Shown: one piece after another, positions 39,038 to 50,221 of the stretch | Position numbering within the stretch: the stretch's first letter is position 1 | How the letters are laid out: every line of letters starts with the position of its first letter | Assembly (NCBI GenBank): GCA_003215435.1 | Contig: QCKJ01000006.1 | Span: 4,070-68,069, forward strand | DNA from: Prochlorococcus sp. AG-409-M05 | GTDB taxonomy: Bacteria > Cyanobacteriota > Cyanobacteriia > PCC-6307 > Cyanobiaceae | Reading direction: 5' to 3' | Length of the DNA stretch: 64,000 nucleotides | The notes under the pieces: generated by a model | What the model saw: the letters and a program-made list of their open reading frames with translations, nothing else | The model's database searches: none | What the model was told of the DNA's origin: nothing | Translations under genes and position numbers: made by a program

Positions 39038-39859
39038 GTGATTTGGCCAGACTTTTGGGGCGAAAAAACATGTGTAATGGGAGTAATTAATGTTACTCCT
39101 GATTCTTTTAGTGATGGTGGACTTTTTTTAGATTCCGCTAAGGCATCTGAGCATGCTTCAAATCTTCTAAGAGAAACTGCAGATGTACTTGATATTGGAG
39201 CGCAGAGTACTCGACCAGGGGCTGAGGATATTGGCTTAGAAGAGGAATTAAGAAGATTGATACCTGCTTTGCTCGCTATTAGGAGTGATCACGAACACGC
39301 ATTGATTTCTGTAGATACTTTTCATCCACAAGTCGCATTGAGGTCACTCCAACTTGGTGCTAACTGGATAAATGACATCACTGGGGGGAGAAGGAATCCT
39401 GAAATGTACAGAGTTGTTGCTGATGCGAAATGTCCCTTTGTTTTGATGCATAGCCGAGGAGATAGTAAATCTATGGATCAGCAAACTTCCTATTCGAATG
39501 TTGTTGATGACGTTCGAGATGAATTACTCAGAACAACTGATCTCGCATTGGCTGCCGGGGTCTTACCTGAGAATTTAATATGGGACCCTGGTATTGGTTT
39601 TGCAAAAACTACTGATCAAAACCTTGCTTTGATTAGAAATTTAAAAACTTTAAAGAATGAAGGATTTCCTCTGCTTGTGGGATCATCAAGGAAACGTTTT
39701 ATTGGCTCTGTTACTCATGAAAGCTTGCCTAATGCGCGTATTTGGGGAAACATTGCTGTAGCTTGTAAATGTTATGAAGCAAAAGTAGATATTCTTCGGG
39801 TTCATGATGTTGGCCCAACCGTTAAAGCTCTTCTTATGGCAGAGAAGCTTTGGTTATAA
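39038..39859 (+). CDS. folP: Dihydropteroate synthase
   Basis: It has GVINVTPDSFSDGG, DIGAQSTRPG, INDITGG, DPGIGFAKT and SRKRFIG. Confidence 0.93.
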   Translation: MIWPDFWGEKTCVMGVINVTPDSFSDGGLFLDSAKASEHASNLLRETADVLDIGAQSTRPGAEDIGLEEELRRLIPALLAIRSDHEHALISVDTFHPQVALRSLQLGANWINDITGGRRNPEMYRVVADAKCPFVLMHSRGDSKSMDQQTSYSNVVDDVRDELLRTTDLALAAGVLPENLIWDPGIGFAKTTDQNLALIRNLKTLKNEGFPLLVGSSRKRFIGSVTHESLPNARIWGNIAVACKCYEAKVDILRVHDVGPTVKALLMAEKLWL

Positions 39860-39867
39860 ATATTTGT

Positions 39868-42800
39868 TTAGTTATTAGCTTGATCGGGAGAATCGACACC
39901 TTCAATACGGTCTTCTACCTCTTGATAGAGTTCTTTTAGCTGTTCTATATTTTCTTCAGAAGTCTCCCAATATCCTCTCCCATTAACTTCTAATAATGTG
40001 CCAACAATTCTTCTGAAACTATGTGGGTTTAATTCCATTAATTTCTTACGCATTTCAGGATCATTTATAAATGTTTCGTTCGACTCTTCATAGACAAAGT
40101 TGTCGACTTGTCCACTTGTGGCACTCCATCCAAGAGTGTAATTAAGACGGTTTGAAACCTCTCTTACTCCTTCGTACCCAGATTTAAGCATGCCTTCATA
40201 CCACTTCGGATTTAGTAATTTTGTACGTGAATCAAGCCTGATAGTTTCACTTAAAGACCGTACCTGCGCATTAGCAGTTGTTGTGTCGGCAATGTAACTA
40301 TTTGGTGTCTTCCCATCGTCTCTTAGGTTTTTAATTAGATTTGTGGGGTCTGAGTCAAAGTAATGACTTACATCGGTTAAAGATATTTCAGCTGAATCCA
40401 AATTTTGGAATGTTACATCGGCTGTCTTCATAACAGATTCAAAAACTTCTCTGTTCTGATTCATCTCTCCAGGATTATCTGCATTGAAAGCAAATGTTTT
40501 TCTAGATAAGTACATTTCTTGCAATTCATTTTCTTCTTCCCAAGTAGAGTTTTCAACTGCTAAGTTTACATTTGAGCTATAACTTCCGCTGGAATTAGAG
40601 AACACTCTGCATGCAGCATCTCTAATACTTGTGCCTTGTTCCTTTGCTTGCTCTAGTGAATGTTTCCTTACAAAGTTATTTTCAAGAGGTTCATCTGCTT
40701 CAGCTGCCATCTTTACACCTTGGTCTATTAGAGCCATTTGATTAATAAATAGATCTCTAAATACACCAGAGCAATTAACAACAACATCAATTCTTGGTCT
40801 CCCTAACTCCTCAAGTGGTATTAATTCCAGTTTATTTACTCGTCCAACAGAATCAGGCTTTGGTCTTACACCTATGAACCAAAGAATTTGAGCTAATGAT
40901 TCTCCATAAGTTTTTATATTATCTGTTCCCCAGAGGACACAGGCTATAGTTTCTGGCCATGTCCCTTGTTCTTGTTTTTGGCGTTCAATCAATTTATCTA
41001 CTACTCCTTTTGCTGCAGCTATTGCTGCAGTTGTAGGAATAGATTGTGGGTCAAGTGCATGGATATTTTTACCACTTGGTAATACTCCTGGATTCCTTAT
41101 TGGGTCACCTCCAGGACCAGGAAGTACATAGTCTCCATCTAGTGCACTTAGAAGGCTTTCCATTTCTTTATCTGCACATATTTTCTCCAAACATACATTT
41201 AGGTATTCAAATAATTTATCGAGTTCATCTTGATTAACATTGTTGAATCCAGATTTTTTACAAACTTGCACCCATGGGGATGATGATGAAAGCCCAAACC
41301 GACTAAATAAGTCATTTAATTGACCAAATATATTTCGTCTCATTGTTACTCTGCCGTCTTTTCCAGTTAGTGATTTGAGCATCGACCCGATGGCTCCTCT
41401 TGATGTCTCTGTGATATTTCTGACCAATTCGACGTCAGCCAGAATGCCATCGTCACTACCTTTGTAGATATCATCTATATTCCGGTTAATTGATTCAGCA
41501 AGTATTCCCGGGAGAGAGCGAAGCTGATCTTCTTCTCTTTCCAAGGCGGCAATACTTACAAGAGTCGCAATAGCTTCCTCAGCAGTAGGGGGTTTACCTA
41601 TTGTATGAAGACCACAGGGAAGTAATCGACTTTCAATTTCCATTAACTGGCTGTAAACAGCTCCAACAACCGAATCTCTGCCTTCTTGGTCAAGCGATGA
41701 GGCCTCTCCTTCTGGAAGATTGACATCCTGGTCAAGATTGCATTGACGTGCTGTTTCGATAATTGCATTGACAATTTGTACTCCTCTGCCACTTTCCCGA
41801 AGCTGTTGATAAGAACCAACTAATTCACCCAGCTCTTTAAGTCCTTTATAAAGGCCTGCATTTTCAGCTGGAGGTGTTAAATAACTAATTGTGGATGCAT
41901 AACCTCGCCTTTTAGCAATTGTTGCTTCTGATGGGTTGTTTGCAGCGTAGTAGTAAAGGTTAGGAAGGCCTCCTATTAATGAATCTGGATAACAAGTTTC
42001 GCTCATACCCATTTGTTTCCCTGGCATGAATTCGAGTGAGCCATGGGTTCCAAAGTGAAGTACTGCATCTGCTTTCCAGACTTTCTCTAGATATGTGTAG
42101 TAGGCAGCAAAACCATGGTGGGGGCTTGCGCTTCGTGAATAAAGTAACCGCATTGGATCACCTTCATATCCAAATGTTGGTTGAACACCTACAAATACGT
42201 TTCCAAAGTGTTTTCCATAGATCAATAAGTTTTGACCATCACTATTTAGGTTCCCCGGTGGTTTGCCCCAGTTTTCTTCTAGCCGTGAAGAGTAAGGAGT
42301 AAGTCGTTCATACTCTTTAACGCTCATCCTATGAGCGATTGAAAGCTCAGGTGCCCCCTGGAGAGCTTCTGGATCATTTATGAGAGCCTCCATAAGTAAC
42401 TTGGAGTCTTTTGGTAAATCTTTTATTTCATAACCTTGCTTTTTCATTTCCTGTAAGACTCTGTGAATTGAACCAAAGACATCTAAATAAGCGGCAGTTC
42501 CTACATTTCCTTTGTCAGGTGGAAAGCTAAAAACTGTAATTGCTAACTTCTTTTCATTCCTTGGCTTAATTCTTAAAGAAGACCAACGAATTGCTCTTTC
42601 AGCAATTGCATCGACCCTGTCTTGAAGAGTATGAGCTTTTCCAGTCGCATCATCACGACCAGATAAAACAATTGGTTCAATTGCTCCATCCAACTCTGGA
42701 ATCGCAATTTGTAAAGCGACTTGGACTGGATGAAGTCCCAAGTCGCTTCCTTCCCATTCTTGAGTAGTTTGAAATACAAGAGGAAGCGCAACCATGTATG

Positions 42801-43896
42801 GGCGATTTAGCTTTTTCAGAGAATCAATTGCCTTTGGATGATCCTGTCTTGCTGGTCCACCTACAAGTGCAAATCCTGTCAATGAAACAACTCCATCGAC
42901 AATTGGGGCATCTTTTTCTAGAGGGTTATAAAAGAAAGCATTTACAGGTTTTGAGAAATCAAGACCACCACAAAATATGGGTAAAACTCTTGCGCCTCGA
43001 TATTCAAGTTCTTGGATAACTGCTACATAATGAGCATCATCTCCGGTAACAATGTGACTTCTTTGGAGTACTAGTCCAATCATTGGACCTTTTCTGGCTG
43101 AATCATTTAGGTCACTTCGACTTTCAGTCCAGTTCAAATATTCTTTTATGTCTTCAAACATTGAAGGAGCAAGTGGGTGCCAGATTCCAAGATCTGGAAA
43201 TACTTCTGGATCTGCAACCTTTAGATCAGACCTCTCTTGCCCTTCTACCGCTGGGAAAACATATTTGTCTGCCAACATCAACAAGAAGTTCTTTAAGTTC
43301 TCAGGAGTACCCCCTAACCAATATTGAAAGCTCAGCATGAAACTTCTTGCATCTTGAGCTTTGTCAACGGGTAGATATTTCAGAATTGTTGGCAATGTGT
43401 TCAGTAACTTCAGCATTGAGTCTTGAAATCCAGCCCCCCCAGACTCTTTTCTCTTCTTCATTAATCCAGAAATCACACTATTTCCTTGTCCAAGCTGTGC
43501 CATTGAGAATGTCCCTAGCTTGTTAAGGCGCATAACCTCTGGCATTGAGGGAAAGACAACTGCGGCTTTTAAACGCTCTTTATGCGGAGTTACTACTTCA
43601 ACTAATTTTTGAGCAAGGTCTTCAATAAAGATCAGCGATGCTACAAATACATCTGCTTTAGCTATATCAGCCTGAAAATCCTTGAAATTATTTGGATCTC
43701 GAAGTTCTTCAATTAGGTAACCACTTAACTCGATGCCGATTTCTCCATTTTGGGCATTAATTGCTGTAGCTGCCTGGGTTAAGGCATTCTGGTATTGAGG
43801 TTCAAGCACCACATAGACAGTCTTCATTACAGACTTATGGTTATTCCCCTCACTAGGTAAAACTCTGCGATCGGCCGAGCGAACCTGAGTGAACAT
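39868..43896 (-). CDS. chlH: Magnesium-protoporphyrin IX chelatase, H subunit
   Basis: A 1342-aa protein with an N-terminus [15 protein letters not shown] that shows full-length collinearity with ChlH/BchH (CobN-like core). Confidence 0.97.
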   Translation of the reverse strand: MFTQVRSADRRVLPSEGNNHKSVMKTVYVVLEPQYQNALTQAATAINAQNGEIGIELSGYLIEELRDPNNFKDFQADIAKADVFVASLIFIEDLAQKLVEVVTPHKERLKAAVVFPSMPEVMRLNKLGTFSMAQLGQGNSVISGLMKKRKESGGAGFQDSMLKLLNTLPTILKYLPVDKAQDARSFMLSFQYWLGGTPENLKNFLLMLADKYVFPAVEGQERSDLKVADPEVFPDLGIWHPLAPSMFEDIKEYLNWTESRSDLNDSARKGPMIGLVLQRSHIVTGDDAHYVAVIQELEYRGARVLPIFCGGLDFSKPVNAFFYNPLEKDAPIVDGVVSLTGFALVGGPARQDHPKAIDSLKKLNRPYMVALPLVFQTTQEWEGSDLGLHPVQVALQIAIPELDGAIEPIVLSGRDDATGKAHTLQDRVDAIAERAIRWSSLRIKPRNEKKLAITVFSFPPDKGNVGTAAYLDVFGSIHRVLQEMKKQGYEIKDLPKDSKLLMEALINDPEALQGAPELSIAHRMSVKEYERLTPYSSRLEENWGKPPGNLNSDGQNLLIYGKHFGNVFVGVQPTFGYEGDPMRLLYSRSASPHHGFAAYYTYLEKVWKADAVLHFGTHGSLEFMPGKQMGMSETCYPDSLIGGLPNLYYYAANNPSEATIAKRRGYASTISYLTPPAENAGLYKGLKELGELVGSYQQLRESGRGVQIVNAIIETARQCNLDQDVNLPEGEASSLDQEGRDSVVGAVYSQLMEIESRLLPCGLHTIGKPPTAEEAIATLVSIAALEREEDQLRSLPGILAESINRNIDDIYKGSDDGILADVELVRNITETSRGAIGSMLKSLTGKDGRVTMRRNIFGQLNDLFSRFGLSSSSPWVQVCKKSGFNNVNQDELDKLFEYLNVCLEKICADKEMESLLSALDGDYVLPGPGGDPIRNPGVLPSGKNIHALDPQSIPTTAAIAAAKGVVDKLIERQKQEQGTWPETIACVLWGTDNIKTYGESLAQILWFIGVRPKPDSVGRVNKLELIPLEELGRPRIDVVVNCSGVFRDLFINQMALIDQGVKMAAEADEPLENNFVRKHSLEQAKEQGTSIRDAACRVFSNSSGSYSSNVNLAVENSTWEEENELQEMYLSRKTFAFNADNPGEMNQNREVFESVMKTADVTFQNLDSAEISLTDVSHYFDSDPTNLIKNLRDDGKTPNSYIADTTTANAQVRSLSETIRLDSRTKLLNPKWYEGMLKSGYEGVREVSNRLNYTLGWSATSGQVDNFVYEESNETFINDPEMRKKLMELNPHSFRRIVGTLLEVNGRGYWETSEENIEQLKELYQEVEDRIEGVDSPDQANN

Positions 43897-44011
43897 TGCT
43901 TTAAGTAAGTATTTACACTAAGACTATTAGTCTTTTGTCCTTCACTGCGAGTGTTGCCACCGGGTGTTACAAGTTACAGGTACAGAACTTCTCTAAATTC
44001 CAAGATCCTCA

Positions 44012-44864
44012 ATGAAGTCACTTTTGCCAAATCCTATTCCTGTTGTAGTTGCTGGTGCTTTAGGGCGGATGGGAAGGGAAGTTGTGAAAGCAACCCTTTC
44101 AGCTCAAGACATCAATTTAGTTGCAGCAGTTGATTCTATTTCTGATAAGGACGGATTGGATATCGGAGAAGAACTAGGTCTAGGCCCTATGAATATTGAG
44201 TTGACTAGTGATTTGGAAGGATGTCTTTGTTCAATTAGTCAATCTGTAAGGGATTTAGGTCCTGGAAAGGGAGCTGTTTTAATTGACTTCACTCATCCTT
44301 CTTCCGTTTATAACAATGCTAGAGCATCGATAGCTTATGGAGTTCACCCAGTAATAGGAACAACAGGACTTACTGCAGAACAGATTTGTGAGCTTGCCGA
44401 TTTTGCATCGAAGGCTTCGATTGGTTCTGCTGTAATTCCGAATTTCTCAATAGGGATGGTTTTACTGCAACAAGCAGCAGCAGCAGCAGCTCGCTTTTAT
44501 GACAATGCTGAGCTTGTTGAGCTTCATCACAATCAAAAAGCTGATGCACCTAGTGGTACATGCATCAAGACTGCAGAGATTATGGAAGAGCTAGGCAAGA
44601 CTTTTAATGAAGGTTTGGTTAATGAACATGAATCACTTTCTGGAGCTAGGGGGGGGGGTAAGGCCAAGTGGCCTTAATCTTCATTCCCTGCGCCTTCCTG
44701 GATTGGTCGCTCACCAAGAGGTAATATTTGGCTCTAAAGGTGAAACTTATACTCTTCGTCATGACACAATTGAACGCTCTGCATATATGCCTGGTGTCCT
44801 ACTCGCTGTTCGTAAAGTGAGAGAGTTAGAAGGGCTTATTTATGGACTTGAAAGAATTATTTAG
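44012..44864 (+). pseudogene. dapB: 4-hydroxy-tetrahydrodipicolinate reductase, interrupted by a frameshift in a G10 tract
   Basis: ORF 44012-44677 carries the N-terminal NAD(P) fold ([14 protein letters not shown]) and [17 protein letters not shown] 44607-44864, in the +1 frame, carries [23 protein letters not shown]. The frames switch inside GGGGGGGGGG at 44649-44658, and removing one G gives ..[20 protein letters not shown]. Confidence 0.9.
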
Positions 44865-44878
44865 CCAGGGATCTTGAA

Positions 44879-45529
44879 ATGTTGGTTCCCCTGCGGCCTG
44901 GAGAATTAAATAAGCTAATACCTGCAGTTGCTTCTAGCGATCAGTTCAGATCTGCGTTAGGTAATCCTCAAAAGATTTTGCAGAGAGTGATGATTTCATC
45001 TATAGGGGGCATCATTACCCTTTTAATTTATGGTAGCCAGGTTGGCTCTTCTTCTTCAATATGGCTTGTTATTGGTGTCTGCCTTTTACTTTATTTACTT
45101 TGGGGGCCAATATTGGAAGCGAGTCAAATGAATGCCCAATTGAGACGTTACCCTTCTGCAGCTTTATTTGATGGAAATATTAGAGATGTTTTTACTAAAG
45201 AGAGAGTCGAAAAACGTCATGAGCAAGCTAATAAACTAGGCCAATTAGAGTTGGTTGAGAGCCGACGAACATGGATGATCGTCGAGTTAGAGGACGAGGA
45301 TGGTTATCTTGGAAAAATCAGCTTTCCAATGGATAAGAAACATCAACTCATTCGAGAAGGGTTAAGAATAAGATGTTTAGCTTTAAGTCATAGAAAGGAC
45401 TTTAGTCGAATAGATGATTTGAGTGATGCGTGGATACCATCACATCGAATATGGATAGGCGAGTATCCATTTTTATTGCGGCCAGCTTTTGAAGAACTTT
45501 GCAGTCTTCGCCTAACATCAAGAAATTAA
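44879..45529 (+). CDS. Hypothetical conserved membrane protein
   Basis: A 216-aa ORF with two TM helices near the N-terminus and a soluble C-terminal domain. No family was recognised. Confidence 0.5.
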   Translation: MLVPLRPGELNKLIPAVASSDQFRSALGNPQKILQRVMISSIGGIITLLIYGSQVGSSSSIWLVIGVCLLLYLLWGPILEASQMNAQLRRYPSAALFDGNIRDVFTKERVEKRHEQANKLGQLELVESRRTWMIVELEDEDGYLGKISFPMDKKHQLIREGLRIRCLALSHRKDFSRIDDLSDAWIPSHRIWIGEYPFLLRPAFEELCSLRLTSRN

Positions 45530-45681
45530 TTAGGCAAACCTCCTATGACCGTATTTAAGTTTATTTTCGAACTTCCAATAACGAGATAATCTTGTCTTAA
45601 GTGACATCTCATTACCTAATTTAGTTTTATATCTCTTTTGCTTACATTCAAAGACTCCACTAACTTCTCTCGACACTTTTT

Positions 45682-46827
45682 ATGAATGTGAAAGTTCTTG
45701 GTGCTGGTCCAACTGGATCAATAGCTGCAATTGCACTTGCTTCTTTAGGGAATGAAGTTTTAATCTGCGATCCTTTGACTACAGAAAGGTTGATTGGAAG
45801 GAGTAGGGCCTATGCGATAACTCACTCTTCTAGAAGACTTCTTCAATCAATTCATTTATGGGAACCACTTTTGCCCTATATGGTCCCTTTTACTTGCTTG
45901 AGTATTCATGACAGAGTTCTTGATTTGACAGTTTCCCTACATTCTTCTGACCTTCTCCCTTCAAATAAAAAATATGGGTCAATTGGATGGATTGTGGATC
46001 ACAAACCTTTAATGGAACTTTTGTTAAATCGCCTAACTGAGAATAAAAATATTTCTTCTCGGTTTGGATCTTTTGAAGACCCTGGAAACTCTCTAGAAGA
46101 TTTGATTATTGGTGCAGATGGACCAAGGTCGCCATCTCGTGAATTTTGGAATATCTCCACTAGTAGTTTTCTTTATAAACAGGGATGCTTAACAGCAAAA
46201 GTTCTGCTTCGTGGGGTCCCGACACATTGTGCTCATGAGATCTTTAGACCTGAAGGCCCGCTGGCTATTTTGCCCATGGGTGAGGATGTCTTTCAGATTG
46301 TTTGGAGCGCCCCTCTAAAGAAATGTCAAGAACGTATTTCTCTAAGGCCCTCAGTTTTTTTAGATAGTCTTGCTGCTGTTTTGCCTGAAAATATCCAACC
46401 AGATTCGCTTCTCGATCTTCCTTCTTGCTATCCACTGGGTTTTTTGATTGCGCATAGATTTCGTTCTGAAAACTTCCTTCTGGTTGGCGAGTCTGCCCAT
46501 CGGTTTCACCCTGTTGGAGGTCAAGGTCTGAATATCTGTTGGAGAGATGTTCATGCACTGATGAACGTAATGAAGAAAAACAGGGGAGGTGATAAAGGAA
46601 CTTTTGATATACCAAGGACTTACTCTCTTATAAGGAGACCGGATGTTCTCCTTATGGGCCTTATAACTGATTTAACTGTGCGGTTGTTTTCAACAAAAAG
46701 TTCTTTCCTATTGATTTTTCGTATTCCCTTGATGCTTTTTTTGAGGAGATCTAGGCGGTTCAGAACTCTGTTACTGAGAATAATGACTGATGGCCCAACG
46801 ACAATTTTTCGGTCATCATTGGAATGA
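45682..46827 (+). CDS. FAD-dependent aromatic-ring monooxygenase (UbiH/UbiF/Coq6 family; likely prenylquinone biosynthesis)
   Basis: It has the dinucleotide fold VLGAGPTGSIAAIAL..D, IGADGPRS and GESAHRFHPVGGQGLN. Confidence 0.85.
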   Translation: MNVKVLGAGPTGSIAAIALASLGNEVLICDPLTTERLIGRSRAYAITHSSRRLLQSIHLWEPLLPYMVPFTCLSIHDRVLDLTVSLHSSDLLPSNKKYGSIGWIVDHKPLMELLLNRLTENKNISSRFGSFEDPGNSLEDLIIGADGPRSPSREFWNISTSSFLYKQGCLTAKVLLRGVPTHCAHEIFRPEGPLAILPMGEDVFQIVWSAPLKKCQERISLRPSVFLDSLAAVLPENIQPDSLLDLPSCYPLGFLIAHRFRSENFLLVGESAHRFHPVGGQGLNICWRDVHALMNVMKKNRGGDKGTFDIPRTYSLIRRPDVLLMGLITDLTVRLFSTKSSFLLIFRIPLMLFLRRSRRFRTLLLRIMTDGPTTIFRSSLE

Positions 46828-46845
46828 TCATTTCATTCAAAAAAT

Positions 46846-47058
46846 TTGGTCATATCTAGTCAAAACCAAAAACCTCCTTCGCAGCATTTAATTCAATTCC
46901 TACAACAGAGGATTGGTGTAAGTGAGAATGCGATCAGTCTTGGTATCCGACAGGCCGATTCAGAGCAAGCTCCTTTACCGATAGTGCTATGGAGCTTTGG
47001 TTTGCTAAGCCTTAGTCAATATCAGCAGGTACTTGATTGGCAAACAAATCAGTTGTAG
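46846..47058 (+). CDS. Small conserved cyanobacterial protein (DUF2949-like; recalled from memory)
   Basis: LIQFLQQRIGVSENAISLGIRQ...PLPIVLWSFGLLSLSQYQQVLDW. The start is TTG, and the 3' end overlaps the apt stop by 10 nt. Confidence 0.5.
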   Translation: MVISSQNQKPPSQHLIQFLQQRIGVSENAISLGIRQADSEQAPLPIVLWSFGLLSLSQYQQVLDWQTNQL

Positions 47059-47567
47059 GCAATTAAAGATTTCACTGGTATTCCACTAGGGAGTGCTTTT
47101 CTACCTAATAGTCCACGGAGTTCAACAACAAATCCAAGCCCAACTAATTCCCCACCTGCTTCTTTTACTAAGCTTGAAGCTGCGGATGCTGTACCTCCAG
47201 TAGCAAGAAGATCATCTAAAATCAAAACTTTAGATTTATTCTCAAAGGCATTAGCCTGAACTTCCAACTTATCTTTTCCATATTCAAGATCATATTCAAT
47301 ACCTAATATTTTTCCTGGCAATTTCCCCTTCTTTCTAATTGGTACAAAACCAATGCCTTGATGTGCTGCTAATGAAGCCCCTACAATAAACCCTCTCGAT
47401 TCAATCCCTGCTATGAGATCTGGCTTCATTTGATTAGTAAATTCGCTTAACTCACTCATTACTTGGCTCCATCCATTTGGATCTTTAAGTAATGGATTAA
47501 TATCTCTGAAAAGAATTCCCTCTTTGGGAAAATCAGCAGTTTCTGTGATTAATTCTTTTAAATCCAC
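47049..47567 (-). CDS. apt: Adenine phosphoribosyltransferase
   Basis: It has DFPKEGILFRDI, ESRGF and the PRPP loop VLILDDLLATGGTA. The start is GTG. Confidence 0.92.
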   Translation of the reverse strand: MDLKELITETADFPKEGILFRDINPLLKDPNGWSQVMSELSEFTNQMKPDLIAGIESRGFIVGASLAAHQGIGFVPIRKKGKLPGKILGIEYDLEYGKDKLEVQANAFENKSKVLILDDLLATGGTASAASSLVKEAGGELVGLGFVVELRGLLGRKALPSGIPVKSLIAYN

Positions 47568-47658
47568 TTTTTTGATAGGAATTAACAGTAGTGTGCGCTT
47601 GCAGAAATTTAGCCTGGATATGGTGACTTAGTACCAGGTTCCTGGCATCATCGCAATC

Positions 47659-48261
47659 ATGACTAACGATGCAATCGCCAGTGTTGAAAAGCAGTCTTCT
47701 GCCACTTTAAAGAGAGGTAGAAATTTGGAACTATCTGTAAACCCATCGAAAACCAGCCTTGGGAGAAGAGGCATTGAACGTCTTGATATGCTTTTGTTAG
47801 TTGTAGAGGCTTTAGATTTAAATGCAGGTGAGGGAATGCTATGGATCTCCAATCAATTAGGTTTTCAGGATCAATTCCCCAATCGAGTTGAGCTCTGGAA
47901 GAGTCGTTGTTATAACCCTTTAAGAAGAACAACTCGAAGAGGCCAGTTAGCAGCAGTAGATACTGAGGCTTTGATTCAGGTCCTTTGCATGATGGCTGAT
48001 CGTCTTTACCCTCTTCTTCATCAATTACTTTCTTCTAGAGAACCCGAAAGTTTAAACAAACAAAGATGGACTCTTCTTGAGGACCGTCTAAGAGACCTTT
48101 TAAAAGAACGAATGAATCCTAGAAGAGGAGCTGTGCAACGTCTTTTGTCATCAAAAGATAGTGAAAACATCTTCAGAGAATATATCTTTAGCCTTTCTCT
48201 TGCTGCAGGACCAGGAGGGTTTGATCGGTTAAGAGCAAGTCTTCTCGATCCAATCCCATAA
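47659..48261 (+). CDS. Conserved hypothetical protein (DUF3038-like; recalled from memory)
   Basis: A 200-aa helical ORF immediately followed (3-nt gap) by the next conserved hypothetical, a pairing I recall from other cyanobacterial genomes. Confidence 0.5.
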   Translation: MTNDAIASVEKQSSATLKRGRNLELSVNPSKTSLGRRGIERLDMLLLVVEALDLNAGEGMLWISNQLGFQDQFPNRVELWKSRCYNPLRRTTRRGQLAAVDTEALIQVLCMMADRLYPLLHQLLSSREPESLNKQRWTLLEDRLRDLLKERMNPRRGAVQRLLSSKDSENIFREYIFSLSLAAGPGGFDRLRASLLDPIP

Positions 48262-48264
48262 TCA

Positions 48265-48885
48265 ATGAATAAACTTTCCTATTGCTATGACCAGTCAGCA
48301 GCTCGCCTGCAAATAGAGGGGTTGCCAGATTTTTCTCAAGGACACACTAAAGATGTCATGGGAATCATTTCTTTTTGGAGGCTTCAATTTATTGGTTCTC
48401 CCGAACTTGAAGGTAAAAGAGATCATCTTCAAGCAATGATGTCGATAGTGCTTCCATATGCAAGACACAGACTTTCGGGAATTAACCGTTCATTTGGGCA
48501 TTCTTCTAGTCCAGTCTCAATAGCTCCAAATGGGAATATGCATCAACTTCTACTCAGAAGTAGTCAACCAGGTGTTGAACCCCTTACTCTCAATCTAGAT
48601 GACGCGGAATTGTCTGACTTGGTGCGCTGTTTGGATTCTTTGAGGCTCGATCCTAGAGTCCAAATTCCTTGGGATATCCCTTTGGATAGACCTTTGTCTC
48701 GTAGTGACTTGGTTGGAAGATTACCTCTAGCAAAACGATTTACAGCACCTTTTGCTGGAGGACTAATTTTTATTTTTTCAACTTTTATAGCTCTCTTATT
48801 CCCTATTCCCAACACTATCGAATTGCCACCCTCAACTTCTCTCCAAGAAGGAGCTACCAAGATTGAAAACAAGCGTACAAACTAG
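48265..48885 (+). CDS. Conserved hypothetical protein with C-terminal TM anchor (DUF4335-like; recalled from memory)
   Basis: A 206-aa ORF with a C-terminal hydrophobic helix GGLIFIFSTFIALLFPI. Confidence 0.5.
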   Translation: MNKLSYCYDQSAARLQIEGLPDFSQGHTKDVMGIISFWRLQFIGSPELEGKRDHLQAMMSIVLPYARHRLSGINRSFGHSSSPVSIAPNGNMHQLLLRSSQPGVEPLTLNLDDAELSDLVRCLDSLRLDPRVQIPWDIPLDRPLSRSDLVGRLPLAKRFTAPFAGGLIFIFSTFIALLFPIPNTIELPPSTSLQEGATKIENKRTN

Positions 48886-49097
48886 CATTAGTCACATATT
48901 TGACTCTTTGTACAAGAGAAGCATCTCTTTTTTCGTGAAATATGTTCAGTCTGAACAATAACCCTATGGATTAAACCACTTATTATTTTAGGAGGTATAG
49001 TTTGTATTATTATTATTATGGTCAAGGGCATTAGTCTTGGAACTAAAAACTAATCCTTAGCCTTAGCTCACTTTTTCTGACTTCATCTGCTAGATAC

Positions 49098-49502
49098 ATG
49101 AGCAATTCAAATCGACGATCTAGCAAAAGGGATTCTCTTAAAAAGGTTTTCAGAGCTAGTCGCAGACAGCCAAAAAAGTCAATTATTAGGCAGTTCTTTG
49201 AAGCAATACTTATGCTTTCAATTGGCATTACTCTTTTGTCTGGGCTTAATCAAATCCCTCAGGAAGTTGACATACTAGAAAAAACTAGTGATACATTTTC
49301 AGCACTTTTATCAGGCTTAATCGAAGTGTTTACATCTCTGGTAACTATAGGTTCAGGACTTATCCTTGGAGGCCTTATGATATTTGGACTGGTTCTACTT
49401 CTTGGAGGATTATGGAGGCTTCTAAGGGTTATTTCCCTATTTATCATGATTTCTTCCTCAACTAATAAGAGTAGAAGAGTCTCAAGTCGTCTTCGTCGTT
49501 GA
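49098..49502 (+). CDS. Hypothetical membrane protein with highly basic termini
   Basis: A 134-aa ORF with Arg/Lys/Ser-rich N- and C-termini flanking 3 TM helices. No family was recognised. Confidence 0.4.
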   Translation: MSNSNRRSSKRDSLKKVFRASRRQPKKSIIRQFFEAILMLSIGITLLSGLNQIPQEVDILEKTSDTFSALLSGLIEVFTSLVTIGSGLILGGLMIFGLVLLLGGLWRLLRVISLFIMISSSTNKSRRVSSRLRR

Positions 49503-49683
49503 AAAAATAACCCCAATATTTTTTATACTTAATAGGCTACACTTTCTTTACAGATAGGTAATATATTTTTCTTATGATTTCATTCTCGTCGAGACACCAT
49601 TGTAAAAAGCAATTTTTTCATAGCCTCTTATTTCTGCGCTGGTGATAAAGTACTGAAAACTTGATATTTTTATCCATTGTGAA

Positions 49684-50088
49684 TTGATGTCAAACTCATT
49701 ATTTTTTCAATTAACAACTTTTTTATCGTATATATTTTCTATTTATTCGATGTGGATTTTATATGTTAGTGGTTCTCTGATATGGATTTGTCTAGGTTTA
49801 TCGCTGGTAATTACACTTTTATGCATTTTATATGGGAAGTCAAAATTAAACAAAATGATTTCGGCAAATGAAGTGCCCAGAATTTTCTCTTCACTTATAT
49901 ATCTATTCTCCGGCTTAATTTTCTTTTTGTCTTCTATCGCTGGCTTTGTTAACTTCTTGTCGAAACTGCCTCTTAAGGATATGAGTGTAATCTTTTTCCC
50001 AGCATTAATCGCTGTATTCATTTTTGGCGGATCGACTCTTAGTTTATATATGGATGAAGATAAGGGAAAGAAGGACACGATACTATAG
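49684..50088 (+). CDS. Hypothetical 4-TM membrane protein
   Basis: A 134-aa ORF with a TTG start, very A+T-rich. No family was recognised. Confidence 0.35.
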   Translation: MMSNSLFFQLTTFLSYIFSIYSMWILYVSGSLIWICLGLSLVITLLCILYGKSKLNKMISANEVPRIFSSLIYLFSGLIFFLSSIAGFVNFLSKLPLKDMSVIFFPALIAVFIFGGSTLSLYMDEDKGKKDTIL

Positions 50089-50221
50089 AATAACTCTAGA
50101 CTTGATATGAAGAAATACCTAGGAATCTATATCTTTCTAAGACTATATATTCTTTCTGTTATGTTATTATGCATTGATGATAGGATAGTTCTTAAATCTT
50201 TAGAATAATCGTTAAATATTT

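Noticed and set aside
41046-43340. Plus-strand ORFs inside chlH (41046-41237, 42036-42302, 42798-43019, 43083-43340) and a minus-strand out-of-frame ORF (42573-42791).
   Set aside because: They are shadow ORFs within a 1342-aa conserved gene, and their His/Leu/Gln-rich translations reflect the reverse codon bias.
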